A stretch of DNA of 64,000 bases from Lepidodermella squamata (Eukaryota > Animalia > Gastrotricha), in NCBI GenBank assembly GCA_047495785.1, contig JBLDXI010000029.1, positions 2,294,001-2,358,000 on the forward strand, in the 5' to 3' direction. The notes under the pieces were generated by a model, which worked only from the letters and a program-made list of their open reading frames with translations, made no database searches and had not been told where the DNA came from. Each line of letters starts with the position of its first letter. The first letter of the stretch is position 1. Positions 14,217 through 25,653 of the stretch are shown here, in pieces. Made by a program: the position numbers and the translations under genes.

Positions 14217-15804
14217 ATGACAGTTTCGTACAGCGAGGATGTGGCTTATGCCACGCCATTCAGATTCGTTCGACTGCTATTTCGCTGGCATGGTTCGGTT
14301 TACAAGCTCATCGTCTACGAATTCAGTATTTATTTCGCTGTTTACATGGTAAATAAATATTTAAAAATTATCACCGGCTGATTTTTCGGGAATTTTTCTT
14401 AATTAGATGATGAATATCGTGCATTCTTTCATCCTGACCCCGGAACAAGAAGAGCTGTTCTCCAACGTCTGCGCTCAGTTGGGTCGAATGTCCGGCTACG
14501 TTGTTGCTTCTCTAGTCTTTTGCCTCGGTTTCTTCATCCAACAAGTTTGGCGGCGATTTTGCTTTCATTTCAACGTTGTCCCATGGCCGGATGGCTTCGC
14601 TTTCCTCGTATCAGTCAACGTCCGAGGCCACGATATGCACGGCAGACTGCTGAGACGGACAATGGCAAGTAAATTTGACAAATTAAATGATTTATTTTAT
14701 TTTAAGGTAATTCTAGGTCCGATATGCTGTTGCTTCAATCATTCTTACCTGGATGAACTTCTCAGAACGGATGAAGGTTCTCTTTCCGAATCTGGATGCC
14801 CTAGTCATGGCTGGATTTCTAACCGAAAACGAGGCTCAAATGCTGACAACTGTTGCGAGACCTCCTTGGAGGTTAGTTTCATTCCCAAAAGTTCGGTGGA
14901 TTTTTTTCAATTTCCGGAATTTAGGCAAATGGTGGCAGCATCCTGGTGTGCCGCAGTAGTGAAGCGAGCCAGAATGGAAAATCGAATCGAAGATGATTTT
15001 GCTTACAACGCAATCATCCGAGAATTAGACACCATACGTATGAGGTGTCGCCGGTAGGTCCTCACCTAATTATCCGCGCTTCTCTGTTAACAATTTGATC
15101 TTTACAGCTTGATTTCTCAGAACAATCGACCTACTCCACTAGCTCATCTTCACATTGTCATTATCGGCGTGTATTCGTTCTTCTCGATCGCGGCTGTTGC
15201 GGGTAGTCACCGCCTTCAAACTCAGAATATCCATCTAGAACTGATTGGCGATGAAGCCGGCGATATCTGGATGCTTCGCCTGTTGTCCCAAGTCATCACC
15301 ATGCTTCAGTTTTCGATTTGCGCCGGAGTTCTGGCGATTAGTCGCGCGCTAATCATGCCGTTTGGGAAGGACGATTGCAATATTGATGTCGAAGAGATTG
15401 TCAAGCGGCACTTGTCTGTTGCTTATCTGATCGTTGACGAGTTGCATTCGCTGATTCCGGAACTTGAGGACGCTCCCGATGCTGATATTGACAACTCCGA
15501 TATTGCTGACGAACCCTTCGAAATGCCTTTCATCAGGGTTTTTATTTGTCGAATGACAATTTTCTTTATACTCATGAATTCGATTTTTCAGAGACGTCTG
15601 AGCCGACGCCATAGCAAGATGTCAAACGAAGGCAGGCAGCACGAGAAGTTGGGCTTTCTCTTGTCGGTTGCTCCGAAGAAGGATAAGGGTTCAACATCGG
15701 AATCGAGCAGCCAGCCGGATGTTACTGCGGCTCGGGATCGTTTCCTAAAAGAACGAAGTGAATCGAAACTTGAACGACTGATGGACTTCCGAAAACTGAA
15801 CTAA
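14217..15804 (+). CDS. Bestrophin-family channel, copy 7
   Basis: MTVSYSED..., RWHGSVYK, VPWPD, MPFGKDDCNID. Ends MDFRKLN*. Closest to copy 6. Includes a GC-AG intron (14665-14716). Confidence 0.9.
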
Positions 15805-15916
15805 TCCTAATCATGCGCAGAACCTATTTTGATACTATTTAGCTGAGCTGAATAAAAGAATACCCATATCAGGAAGGGCTTATGATTTATTTACACGATA
15901 GGACAAGAAATAAGGT

Positions 15917-17821
15917 TTAGCGATTTGGCTCAGGTAACTTTTTCGCACTCTTGTACCATGCGTCGAACTGCCAGTCGGACATCATGAAATTGCGTCTGAT
16001 ATTCCTGGAGTTGTACTTGCTTATAAAAACAGCTTTTGCTGTCTTCACGATCCGTTCTGAAGACGGCCATATCGGCGAATTGATGTAGCTGTAATAGTCA
16101 TCCTCGTCGCCTTTGTCATCCTCGAACTGATCCTCCTCAGCATCAGGCAGATTAATTAGGCCAACTTTGAAGCCTGGAATGCAGTGGGCGATAAAGCTAG
16201 CCACTCTCACCACGTAAACCTGCTCGACCATAAGAAAAATTTCGACTCGCTTACGGCAGCGCCAAGTGTTCTCCGTCATCGTTGCTTTAAGACCGACTTC
16301 AATGCTAGCTGGGACGTCGTAATCTTTGGTAGCTATTGCCACAGAGTCCAGCTTTATTTCAACATCGCCCGAGTCACCCTCGACGTCGGCATCCACATCA
16401 TGAATTTGAACAGATTTTTCCTTCTTTACGGAATTCCAGCCATACTGGCCGGCATAAGTGCACGCGATTTTGACCTTGAGAATAGGACTGCCTTGATAGA
16501 TAAACACCCGTTCCGGATTGATGAGATGAGGTCGATCTGTCTCGTAAGATTGACAACTTGTGAAATAATATCTGCTCGCATCGAAGTAGGAAAACGACCT
16601 GATAACTACACCTGAAGCTTGAGATTTACACCGAAAAACAGTGAAAGGGAAATCTGAATCCTCATCCACGACAATCAGTGCTGGCTTCGGATAGCTGATC
16701 TCCCGCAACTGCACTGTCTTCGGTAAGGTTGACGCGCTTTTGTAGGTATTGCTTTTCTCGTCCAACCACTCCCAGTCGACCCGCCCCGAGCCAATGAAGT
16801 CATGAAGCAGATACGGGCACATCAGGCGCATGGGTGAATGCTTGATTTTCACACTACTAACTTGCATTCGACTCCACTCGAGCACAGGTATCAATTCGTG
16901 GTTTCCAAACATAATACCTGGCTCTCCGCAATCCCACCAGCGATCGCTGTCAAGAGGCAAGCATTGGTAGGAGTCATCGACCAGACGCACCCTGCATATT
17001 CTCGGTGCGCGCAACGCGCATGTGCTATGCGCATCGCAGTTTTTAAATAATCGCGTTGCCATGCATAATTTTAATGCACTATAATCATCATAACGGTCAA
17101 AAATTTTAACCGAAGTCTCGTAGCTTCCCGAAATAATAGCTGCCTCAAGTTTCTTGTCTGTATCACCTGCCGGCTTCACTCCGACTTCGAAGCTGTCCAG
17201 TATAAGCTGATCGCTACCTTTGAACGTAGCCTTCACTCCAGTTTGATAACGTTGTTTATAAAACCCAAAATATCGCTGCCAATCATATGTAGGGTCAAAC
17301 ATTGAAGAATTCCAAACCAAAATGATTTTTTCGCCCTGAGATTTTCGCGCTATTTGATCGATGAAAAGAACTGAGAACGCCCGAGCATCTGTTAGAGGTG
17401 GATTTCTTCCATATACAAAAGGATGCCATTTTCCGAAAAAATCCGGAGATTCTGGCCGGATTACGTCAGTGAGAACCTCCCCTTCAGAATTATCTGTCAA
17501 TTTGAAAGAACGTATTGAAAGCTCAATATCGATAGGGGCACGGTCGAAATCATCAGTATCCTTATATGGATAGTGCAAATAGTTCAAACGGATTTTCACG
17601 ATGTAATCGAATTTTCCAGGTGGGTGCGCGATGATAAGCGCCGCGATGCCGTTACCGCCTCGATACAAGGAAACTTTTTTAGGCTCTTCCTGGCTATTTA
17701 CAACCCATGATTGTTCACCGTTGTGTGGCTTCTGATATGCTTTCATCCAATCGATGTCGTTGCTACAGCAGAAACCGGCTAAAAGAGAAGCAACCGCCAG
17801 GAGAAGCAAAAATCGCGCCAT
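15917..17821 (-). CDS. Intronless secreted protein of unknown function (634 aa) with a Cys-rich module and a probable Ig-like domain
   Basis: Long uninterrupted ORF with signal peptide MARFLLLLAVASLLAGFCCS. LMCP...VDWEW...ALIV...FRC spacing resembles an Ig fold. AATAAA downstream on the - strand (~15886-15891). Confidence 0.8.
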   Translation of the reverse strand: MARFLLLLAVASLLAGFCCSNDIDWMKAYQKPHNGEQSWVVNSQEEPKKVSLYRGGNGIAALIIAHPPGKFDYIVKIRLNYLHYPYKDTDDFDRAPIDIELSIRSFKLTDNSEGEVLTDVIRPESPDFFGKWHPFVYGRNPPLTDARAFSVLFIDQIARKSQGEKIILVWNSSMFDPTYDWQRYFGFYKQRYQTGVKATFKGSDQLILDSFEVGVKPAGDTDKKLEAAIISGSYETSVKIFDRYDDYSALKLCMATRLFKNCDAHSTCALRAPRICRVRLVDDSYQCLPLDSDRWWDCGEPGIMFGNHELIPVLEWSRMQVSSVKIKHSPMRLMCPYLLHDFIGSGRVDWEWLDEKSNTYKSASTLPKTVQLREISYPKPALIVVDEDSDFPFTVFRCKSQASGVVIRSFSYFDASRYYFTSCQSYETDRPHLINPERVFIYQGSPILKVKIACTYAGQYGWNSVKKEKSVQIHDVDADVEGDSGDVEIKLDSVAIATKDYDVPASIEVGLKATMTENTWRCRKRVEIFLMVEQVYVVRVASFIAHCIPGFKVGLINLPDAEEDQFEDDKGDEDDYYSYINSPIWPSSERIVKTAKAVFISKYNSRNIRRNFMMSDWQFDAWYKSAKKLPEPNR

Positions 17822-18107
17822 TTTCGAAGGATGAAATTTGTAAAAAACATTCTGCTTTTAATCATTTTCATTAAGGTGGGCTTTTTACAAATCTGCGTTT
17901 TGCTGCTTTGTGTATTTTGATTTTCCTCATTTATTTTCGTCTTTCGAGCCGAGCCTTTATGCTGTGAACTAGGCCATGGCCAGCACGCGCCAAATTATTA
18001 GTAGCCATGTTAGCGCGCGTGCCCTTTTTTATTACTACAATGCACTGCTAAAACAGCCGAGCTCGCACTTTTGGTTTGCACTTGTGCCTGCTTTCACTTT
18101 TAATCTT

Positions 18108-20397
18108 ATGACGGTTAATTACAGCGGTGAAGTCGCAACAGCACGGCCATTCGGTTTCGTTCGCCTGCTCTTCAGATGGCGCGGCTCATTTTACAAGCTC
18201 ATCCTCCTTCAATTCGCGTTTTACTTCATCGTCTACAACACCCTGAATTTGGTTTACATCTTCGCCCTGGATGACACCCAACGCGATACTTACGATAAAG
18301 TTGGCAAGCAGTTTGGCCGACTTTCAGGCTACATTGTCGGCCCGGTGATTTTCTGCCTCGGCTTCTTCATCCAACAAGTCTATAAACGATTTTGCGACCA
18401 TTTCTACGACGTTCCATGGCCTGATGCCTTAGCATTCCTGATTTCAGGTAAAAAATTCAGCCGTTATAATTGAAGGCGAAAATTATCAATTTTTATTAGC
18501 GAATGTGCGAGGTCATGACGCGAAAAGTCGACAACTTCGTCGAACAATGATCCGTTACGCCGTGGCGTCGATCGTCCTAGCGTTGATGAGTGTTTCCGAG
18601 CGAATGCAAGCCATTTTCCCGACCCTCGATCTCGTCGTTATCGCTGGCTTTCTTCGCGAAGAAGAAGCCCTAATTTTGAAGGATATCAAGCCAACCTCGC
18701 GGCACATGATCGTCCTCAGCTGGTGTGCGGTTCTATTCCGGAAGGCTCGGTTGAATAAACAAATTCAGGACGAATTCGGCTATAACGCGATTGTTGACGA
18801 GCTGGATAACATTCGATTTAAATGTCGAAGGTACCATGAATTTTTTATAATTTTTCTAAAATAATTTTTCAAATTTTAGACTGCTTTTTTACGACTGGGT
18901 GTCGATTCCTTTGTCCTACATTCAAACTCTACTACTCGGCTTGAGTAGTTTCTTCATGGCAGCTGCTGTTTCTAGCATATATCGCTTAGAAGCTCAAGTC
19001 GTGAAATTTACTTCAGATCCGAAAATTGAATTGGAAGACCAGCACGCGAGCCACGATCACAATCAATGGCCTGTTCGGTTGCTAGCTGAAGCAATCACCC
19101 TGCTGCAATTCACGATCTGCGCCGGAATGTCAGCGGCCAGTCAAAGCCTCATCCGGCCGTTCTCGACAAATGACGGCAATATCGATGTGGATCAAATTGT
19201 TAAACGCCACCTGTTTATTGCGTATATCATCGTCGATGATTTGCATAACATACTGCCGGAGTTGAATGACAGCCAGAGCGAGTCGTTTCGAAGAACTGCG
19301 AATGACATGTCAATCGATGATTTGGTCGGCGTTGGTGGCATCGAATTTGCAGCTTATCAACAAGCGAGGGGGTCGATTTTTTCTCACAGGGTAAGGAAAA
19401 AATTGTTTCACGAAAACCCTAGTTTTCTTGATTTTTATTAATTTTAAATCTTATTAGAAAAATTGTGCCAAATTTCCAAAATTTGAGGATTGTGACATTT
19501 TTAAGATCTTAGAAGCTGCCGGCATTCGATTCAACCAAAATATGACGTTTCAAGTTACTAGTTCTCCCTATCAATTTTTTCTATCGATTTCTACGCGAAT
19601 TTTGCGAATAGCCGATAGCCAATCGCCGATATCGATTTTAATTATCGATTTTGAAAATCAGCGATTTTTTCCAATAGCAGCAGTCCTGAAAGCCATATCA
19701 CACCTTTTTCATACACCTGAGGTAATAAAAAATCCCAGGGTGTCCCAAAATGTGTTCATAACTGTTTCGAATTTCGCGGTATTTTGTTACTAATTATACC
19801 AATTTATCAAATTTCTTACAAATTAAACCTAAAATAAACACCCCGTATCGGGTTCATAAGCCGAAAAATTCGAAATATACCTTCAAGAAATCCCGGAAAA
19901 ACGCGATGGTAACTGATTCGGGATTTTTCGGTTTTTTCGGTATTTTACCCGTTTTGACCAAATTTCTCCGGGATTATTTATCCCCATTGAAAATTTTCCT
20001 ATTTGATTATCATTCTAATGCGTTTTTCTCGTTACGGACATTTTCCTTGCCACGAAAAGGAAAAATTTAGATCCTCCTAACTATATTTTTCTAAATAATC
20101 TAAGCTTATTTAAATATTTTTCTTGTTTTACAGCCTAGTCGAGATCTTGCCGACCTTCGCGAAAAAGGCATTTTATTTCAAATTGGGGCGCAAGACGATC
20201 AAGATGCTTGGCGATGGATACGAAACATTCCTCTAATCAAGTCTATCATTCCCGAAAGACGGCGAAGTTCAGTCTCATCTTCGACTTCTAGTATCAGTGA
20301 ACTCCCTGATTCAATGTCTTCCCGGCGGCCTAGAACTTACACTGTTGAAAGTAAATCAGCTCTGCATAAAGTTCTCAGCTTCAGACGGCTCAACTAA
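18108..20397 (+). CDS. Bestrophin-family channel, copy 8
   Basis: MTVNYSGEVATARPFG, RWRGSFYK, YDWVSIPLSYIQ (canonical YDW), RPFSTNDGNID. Last exon ~20134-20397 (not in ORF track) ends VLSFRRLN*. Confidence 0.9.
19628..19725. repeat. Dispersed intronic repeat family (core GATATCGATTT..TATCGATTTT.GAAATCAGTGATTTTT)
   Basis: Similar copies at ~27560, ~38788 and ~55008; inverted copies at ~23410-23490 and ~37255. Confidence 0.65.
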
Positions 20398-20716
20398 CAT
20401 CGTTTTCAATCATATTTTTTCACGTCAATAAAAAAGAAGTGATCGATATTGAGAAATTGGCGATTTTTTTATTTAAAAACACGAAAATTTGTTGTAATTA
20501 TTAATCAATTTACACAAAACGATAATATGTAATATAGAATTGAAAAGACATCAAAACTGTGTTGTAAAGATCAACTTGTTCAGAGGTTGAATAGAATAAG
20601 CAACGAGGCGAGATGAAAGCAACGGCGATGACACTTCAGCTGAACGTGTCGCGGCTAAAACCGGGCGTTTAGAAATATTTTTTAGCTATTTTTCACAGGT
20701 CGAAATAAGTTTATCA

Positions 20717-23700
20717 CTATTCAATCTCCCATTTCGGTGTTTCCGGACCTTGGAAGGTGTCTGAAAAAATTGAAAAATTGAAATTAATTAAATATCTCAA
20801 ATCAAATAAATGTCGAACTTACTTGGCAAACACCAGCCTAATAAAACATATCGCGAACTCTTCTTAATCATTAACTGCCATGTTAACACAGGGAAGGGTT
20901 GCTTCAGGACAACAGGCGATGGCTAGGGGGGGAAAATTGATAACAATTCGAAAATTAAAAATTTCGAAAATAATTACCTCGAAATTGATGAAGACGAAGC
21001 TGGGCAGTTTCAGGTAGAAATCGAATTTGAAGAACATGTCGTCGTTGCCGTGATACAGATAGAAACAGCCCGATGGTACCGACATTTGCGTGTCCAGGTA
21101 ATAATTCAGGTACAGCGTCGCCAATGAACCGAGACCGAAGAACTAAAAAAATTGGAAAAATTAAACAAATCGAAGAATTTTAATTTTAGGCTTTAAAATA
21201 AAGTTCATGCCATTTTTGAATTTCATATCTAATTAATGTTCAATTTAGATTTAGATTTTTTAAATTTCAAATTTCAAATTCAATTAAATTTAAAAGAATT
21301 TATAATTAAATTCAAGGCAAATTTGGAATAAATTATTCTAAGACTTACGTCATTTTCCAGTTCCGCATAAGCATCGGCTTCGACGATAGTAATCGGCCTG
21401 AATCGAATTCCCATGGCGCCATCGGGACCACAGAACGACGGCCACAGGGTCAAATTGAAGCGAATATCAAAATCAGCATTCATCAGAAAGGCGAATCCGC
21501 CGAAGTTCACACGAAACGCCGGCGTTGTGTACTGCCAACCGTACGTCCAATCATTGATAGTCAAATTACACGCGTATTGAACCTCGTGGAGGTAGACGTT
21601 GGACAAAGCTCGGAGTAACACGTGGCCCTGGAACCCCTTCTGAGTCTGCTCGCGCAGAAATTGAACGACAGCGATTTCCATTTGAACAATCAAGCGAACA
21701 CCCATCCAGGCGCGGCCGAATAGCTTCGACTCGCCACGGTCGTTGCGTCCGGCGAAGAAGCCAGCCTTCAACCCACCGCTGAGTAGCGTGGCTTTGAATT
21801 CGGCCCGGAATAAACAGTGCCGCTTCTGCGCACTGAAATGATTCGCGTCATTGTCGAATTCGATGGGATTTTCGTAGATTTCCGTGTAATTAACCCCGAC
21901 GACACTGTTCCAATTATCGCAGTCGACCTCAGGCGTGAAAACGAACCCGGATAACCCGCCGGCTAGACCGCCACCCAACCCGGCTAGCGGGTTAGCCCCC
22001 GCCGCCATATCGTCACGCCTTTTCCGGACCAAGCCATGCGTGAAGGCTAGAGAGGTCGCGTTCAACTGCGGGGCCGGTTCTTCCAGCTCAGTCTCGTCGA
22101 TGCCATTCCCGCGTTCCTGGAGATAAGTCAACAGGTAGCTATACCACTCCCTTCCCTTTTTCTTAACCAGGTACCGCGCGATCGGTTGCTTGTTACACGC
22201 GAACGCCCCGGTGAAACCCGGCGCCTCCAGCCATTCGGTTAGGATGAAGCCGTCGACCTCTGGCACGGTGCCAAATCGCGGCCACTGCCTCGCCGCGCCG
22301 CCCTTCGACCCCGCCAGTTCAACGGCGACAACCAGCGCATCGACGAGGCCGCCTCGCATCGAACACGGCGTGTCGGGCGCGCGCAACGCCTCGGCCACAG
22401 CCGAACGCACCGACGCGGAACCGAGGCAATTACGCAGCGAATTCAACGCCTCAACCGACAACTCGCTGGTCCGGCAATTTTTCACGATTTTCGTCAAAAT
22501 CTCCAGTAGCTTCACCGCCGGTCCGCCGAGTTGTTCGACTCGTTCCAGGTTCAAAAAATTCGCGATCGACTCGAGGAAGATTTTGTAGACGTCCTTCGAA
22601 GCCGGGCACGTGACTAGAGGCTCAATCATGTGTTGAAACCACTCAATCACTCGAATTTTCGTCTCATTCGAAATCTGGTCGGTGTCTTTTGAAATTAAAC
22701 TGCTAATAGCGAGCGATAAATGGTGTTCGGTTATCGACATCGAGTCGCTGGACGGCAGCATAGCCAGCATGGCGCTGACCAGCCGGTCGGTCGGGTATTC
22801 CAGCTGAATCATGATGTTGAGAAATTGCGGCCGGAAGCTCGATTCCATCAAATCGGTGTCGTTCAGTAAATTCGCGAATAAATTGTCGATTTCAAAGCCG
22901 TAACCGCTTGATAAGATGTAGAGCATTTTCAGGGTGACATCCCACTGCTGGGACGCGGCGCTGTCGTGCAGTTTCGCGGTTACTAAAGGCAAGATTTTTC
23001 GGAGTAGCGGCTGGTCTTGCCGCTTTTCGGATAGAATGTGCATTTTCGATTCGAGGCCGATTATGCTGCGGAGCAGGTTGGCTTCTTTCATGGCGGTGTG
23101 AGGCGAAAGAGCTACGGCGTCGACCAGGCCGGGAATGCCACCGTCCCGTTTCGCGATTTGGTCCAACTTCTTGGTCAGGATTTTCGATATCAAATCGGCT
23201 GGAACAGAAAAAAAATCAATCAAATTTATACTGAGATCAAGAAAATAAATCCGAAGGTCAACATTCAATTACGAGGAATTTTTGGAAATTTCTGGAGCCC
23301 CAGCCTAATGACTAAGGAAGAGTAAATTTTCAGATATTTCAACAATTTTTCAAGACTCGAAAATTTCTTGTTCGATCTCGAAATTTTCAATTTTTGCTTC
23401 TAAAATTTCAGATATCGGAAAAATCACTAAGATTTTAGATATCGGAAAAATCACTGATTTGTACAATCGATATCGGAAATCAATAATTTCGGAAATTCGC
23501 TCAAAATCAAAATTTGCCGGACGTTCTATTCTCCATTTCTAATGGATTTTTGAGAATACTTACAATTGTCGTACTCCTGGCTGGTAAAGTTGACACTGCT
23601 CAATCTGGCATACTCCTTGCTGACCTCCACCACTTCCTTATCGGTACCAACAGGTGTCGGCTCCGAAGTCATCGCCAAGGTGTAAGTGACTTCAACGCTG

Positions 23701-25055
23701 AATGGCAAATTTCGCGTTGTCGACTGCTTTTCCATATCAGGTGACGCCTAAAATTAACAATTCAATACTAAAAAAATTTCAAGAGAATCCTCTCACCTCA
23801 ATCGGGTAAGTCGCGACTCGCCCGCTGACAGCCTCCATTAGCCAATTCGTCGACCGAACACGTTGGTACTGGTTGACGAAAATTTCCAGCTTTTCAGCAT
23901 TCAAAGAGTCGAGTTGCAGGCGGATAAAATCGTCGGGCGTCACGGTTTTGTGGATGATCAGCGAATCGCTGTTCGGCGCGTTCTTGTAAGCGTACTCCGA
24001 GTGGTGAGTACCGAGATCGTCCGTCTCCACTACGGTACCAGCCAAACGATCGCGACTCGTTTGAAACAGCAAAACTATCGACTTCTTCAAATTCGATATT
24101 TCAGACTTCGAATCTATAAAATTGTCAACAAAAAATTAAATCGAAGTTTTAAAAATTCAAAAATTAAATTTCTAATTTTTTTTAAATTAACTTTAATTTA
24201 ATTTAAAAATTCCAGGTCAATAAAATTCATAAAAAATCAATTTTCTAAAATTTGAATGAAATTAAATATAAAAAATTCTAAAAAAAACGAAAAAAATAAA
24301 AATTTACCATGGTCCTGTTTTTTGATGAAAATTTCATGCACAGTTCCATTGAGATACTGCGCAAATTTGACAGGCCATGACGGCATTTCGTACCAGATGT
24401 TGTCCTTGGCAGCGGCGCCCGGGTGCCGATGTTCGGTCGTATCAACAACCTGTATCACCGGCGTGTTGGTTGTTGTCGTCGTCGTTGTGGAGACAGTCAC
24501 CGATTCGGCGACAATTTTCTCCTCGGACGACGTGGCCTGAAAGCCACGCGGCATTTTCTTCTTCCGCTTTGTCGCTTTCTCACTGCCCTCGCCAGTTTTC
24601 CTAGAATTTAAATTGCCATAAAAATCAGCAAATTTCTGGGCAAAATCACGAACTTATTTGACTCCTTGATTTTCGTGGCTATCCTCGAAAACGAAATCGT
24701 GTAATAAGAAATTCCGGTATCGGCGTCTAATAAATTCAATAAATTTTGAAAATTGATCCAAAATTCTGGACTTACCGAACCGATCGCAGGTGAGTTTAAA
24801 ATGCGCGGTGAAATGCATAGACTTGGTAATATTCGTGAAGCCGCCTATCACACTGTTGTAAGAATACTCTGTGGCTAGGTGCTATTGGAAACAAGTCTTG
24901 AATTTATTTTGAAAAATTGACCGAATTGTTACCTTGTCATTGCATACGGTTTGTTGATGTAACCGTAGCTGGGAGTCGAGCTTGGTCGGTAAAGCCGCGA
25001 CGATGGCCGGCGATAAAATAAATAAAACAAGGCTAACAAGCCGGTTGATTGTCAT
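20717..25055 (-). CDS. Secreted vitellogenin/large lipid transfer protein-like protein, paralog A
   Basis: Signal peptide MTINRLVSLVLFILSPAIVAA. LKKSIVLLFQ...ETDDLGTHHSEY resembles the Vitellogenin_N motif NIKRGI.SL.Q...E.D..G.C...Y. Helical middle region, RKRR site, C-terminal GCFYLYHGNDDM. Last exon ends PKWEIE*. Confidence 0.75.
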
Positions 25056-25653
25056 CTGCTGGCTGCCGAAAGCGATCGGGGTCGTAAATTGATTAATAAA
25101 TCGCGAGGTACAAAATAACAAGGTTAAAAAAACTGTTGTCGTGTTGTTATCGCCTGGTATCTTGCTGTTCTACTGCATAATGTGTATGTTGTATCAGTGT
25201 TGATGTTTCAAAATGGTTACAAATTCATTCATTTCAGCGTGTGTGTAAAAGCTTGAAACGCGGTTACGTAAGCTGCTAGCGCACTTGACTGGCACGCGCG
25301 CACTCGGTCGTGTCCAAGAGCGCCGCACGCGCCCTCTCAAAGCGAACATTTTCGCCCCCTTAACGCGAACATTTTTCAGTGTGCTCCACTAATCTGACTT
25401 GTTGAACATGAGAAATGCTAACGCTGCCGAACAGGATTAAGCCCGATTAAGGCGGCGGATGCAACCTGGTACCAACCGTTAACCCGGTATGCTATAAAAA
25501 CCAAAATGTCTCTGCCCCACATTTTTTCGAAAAATCACACAATTTAAATTATTTTAGGTGGATTTTTTTAAATTTCAAGGCGCAATATTTTTTACTTTAT
25601 TTTCATAGTAAATTTCATTCAATACCAATATGATTTTTTTTACAATATTTACA

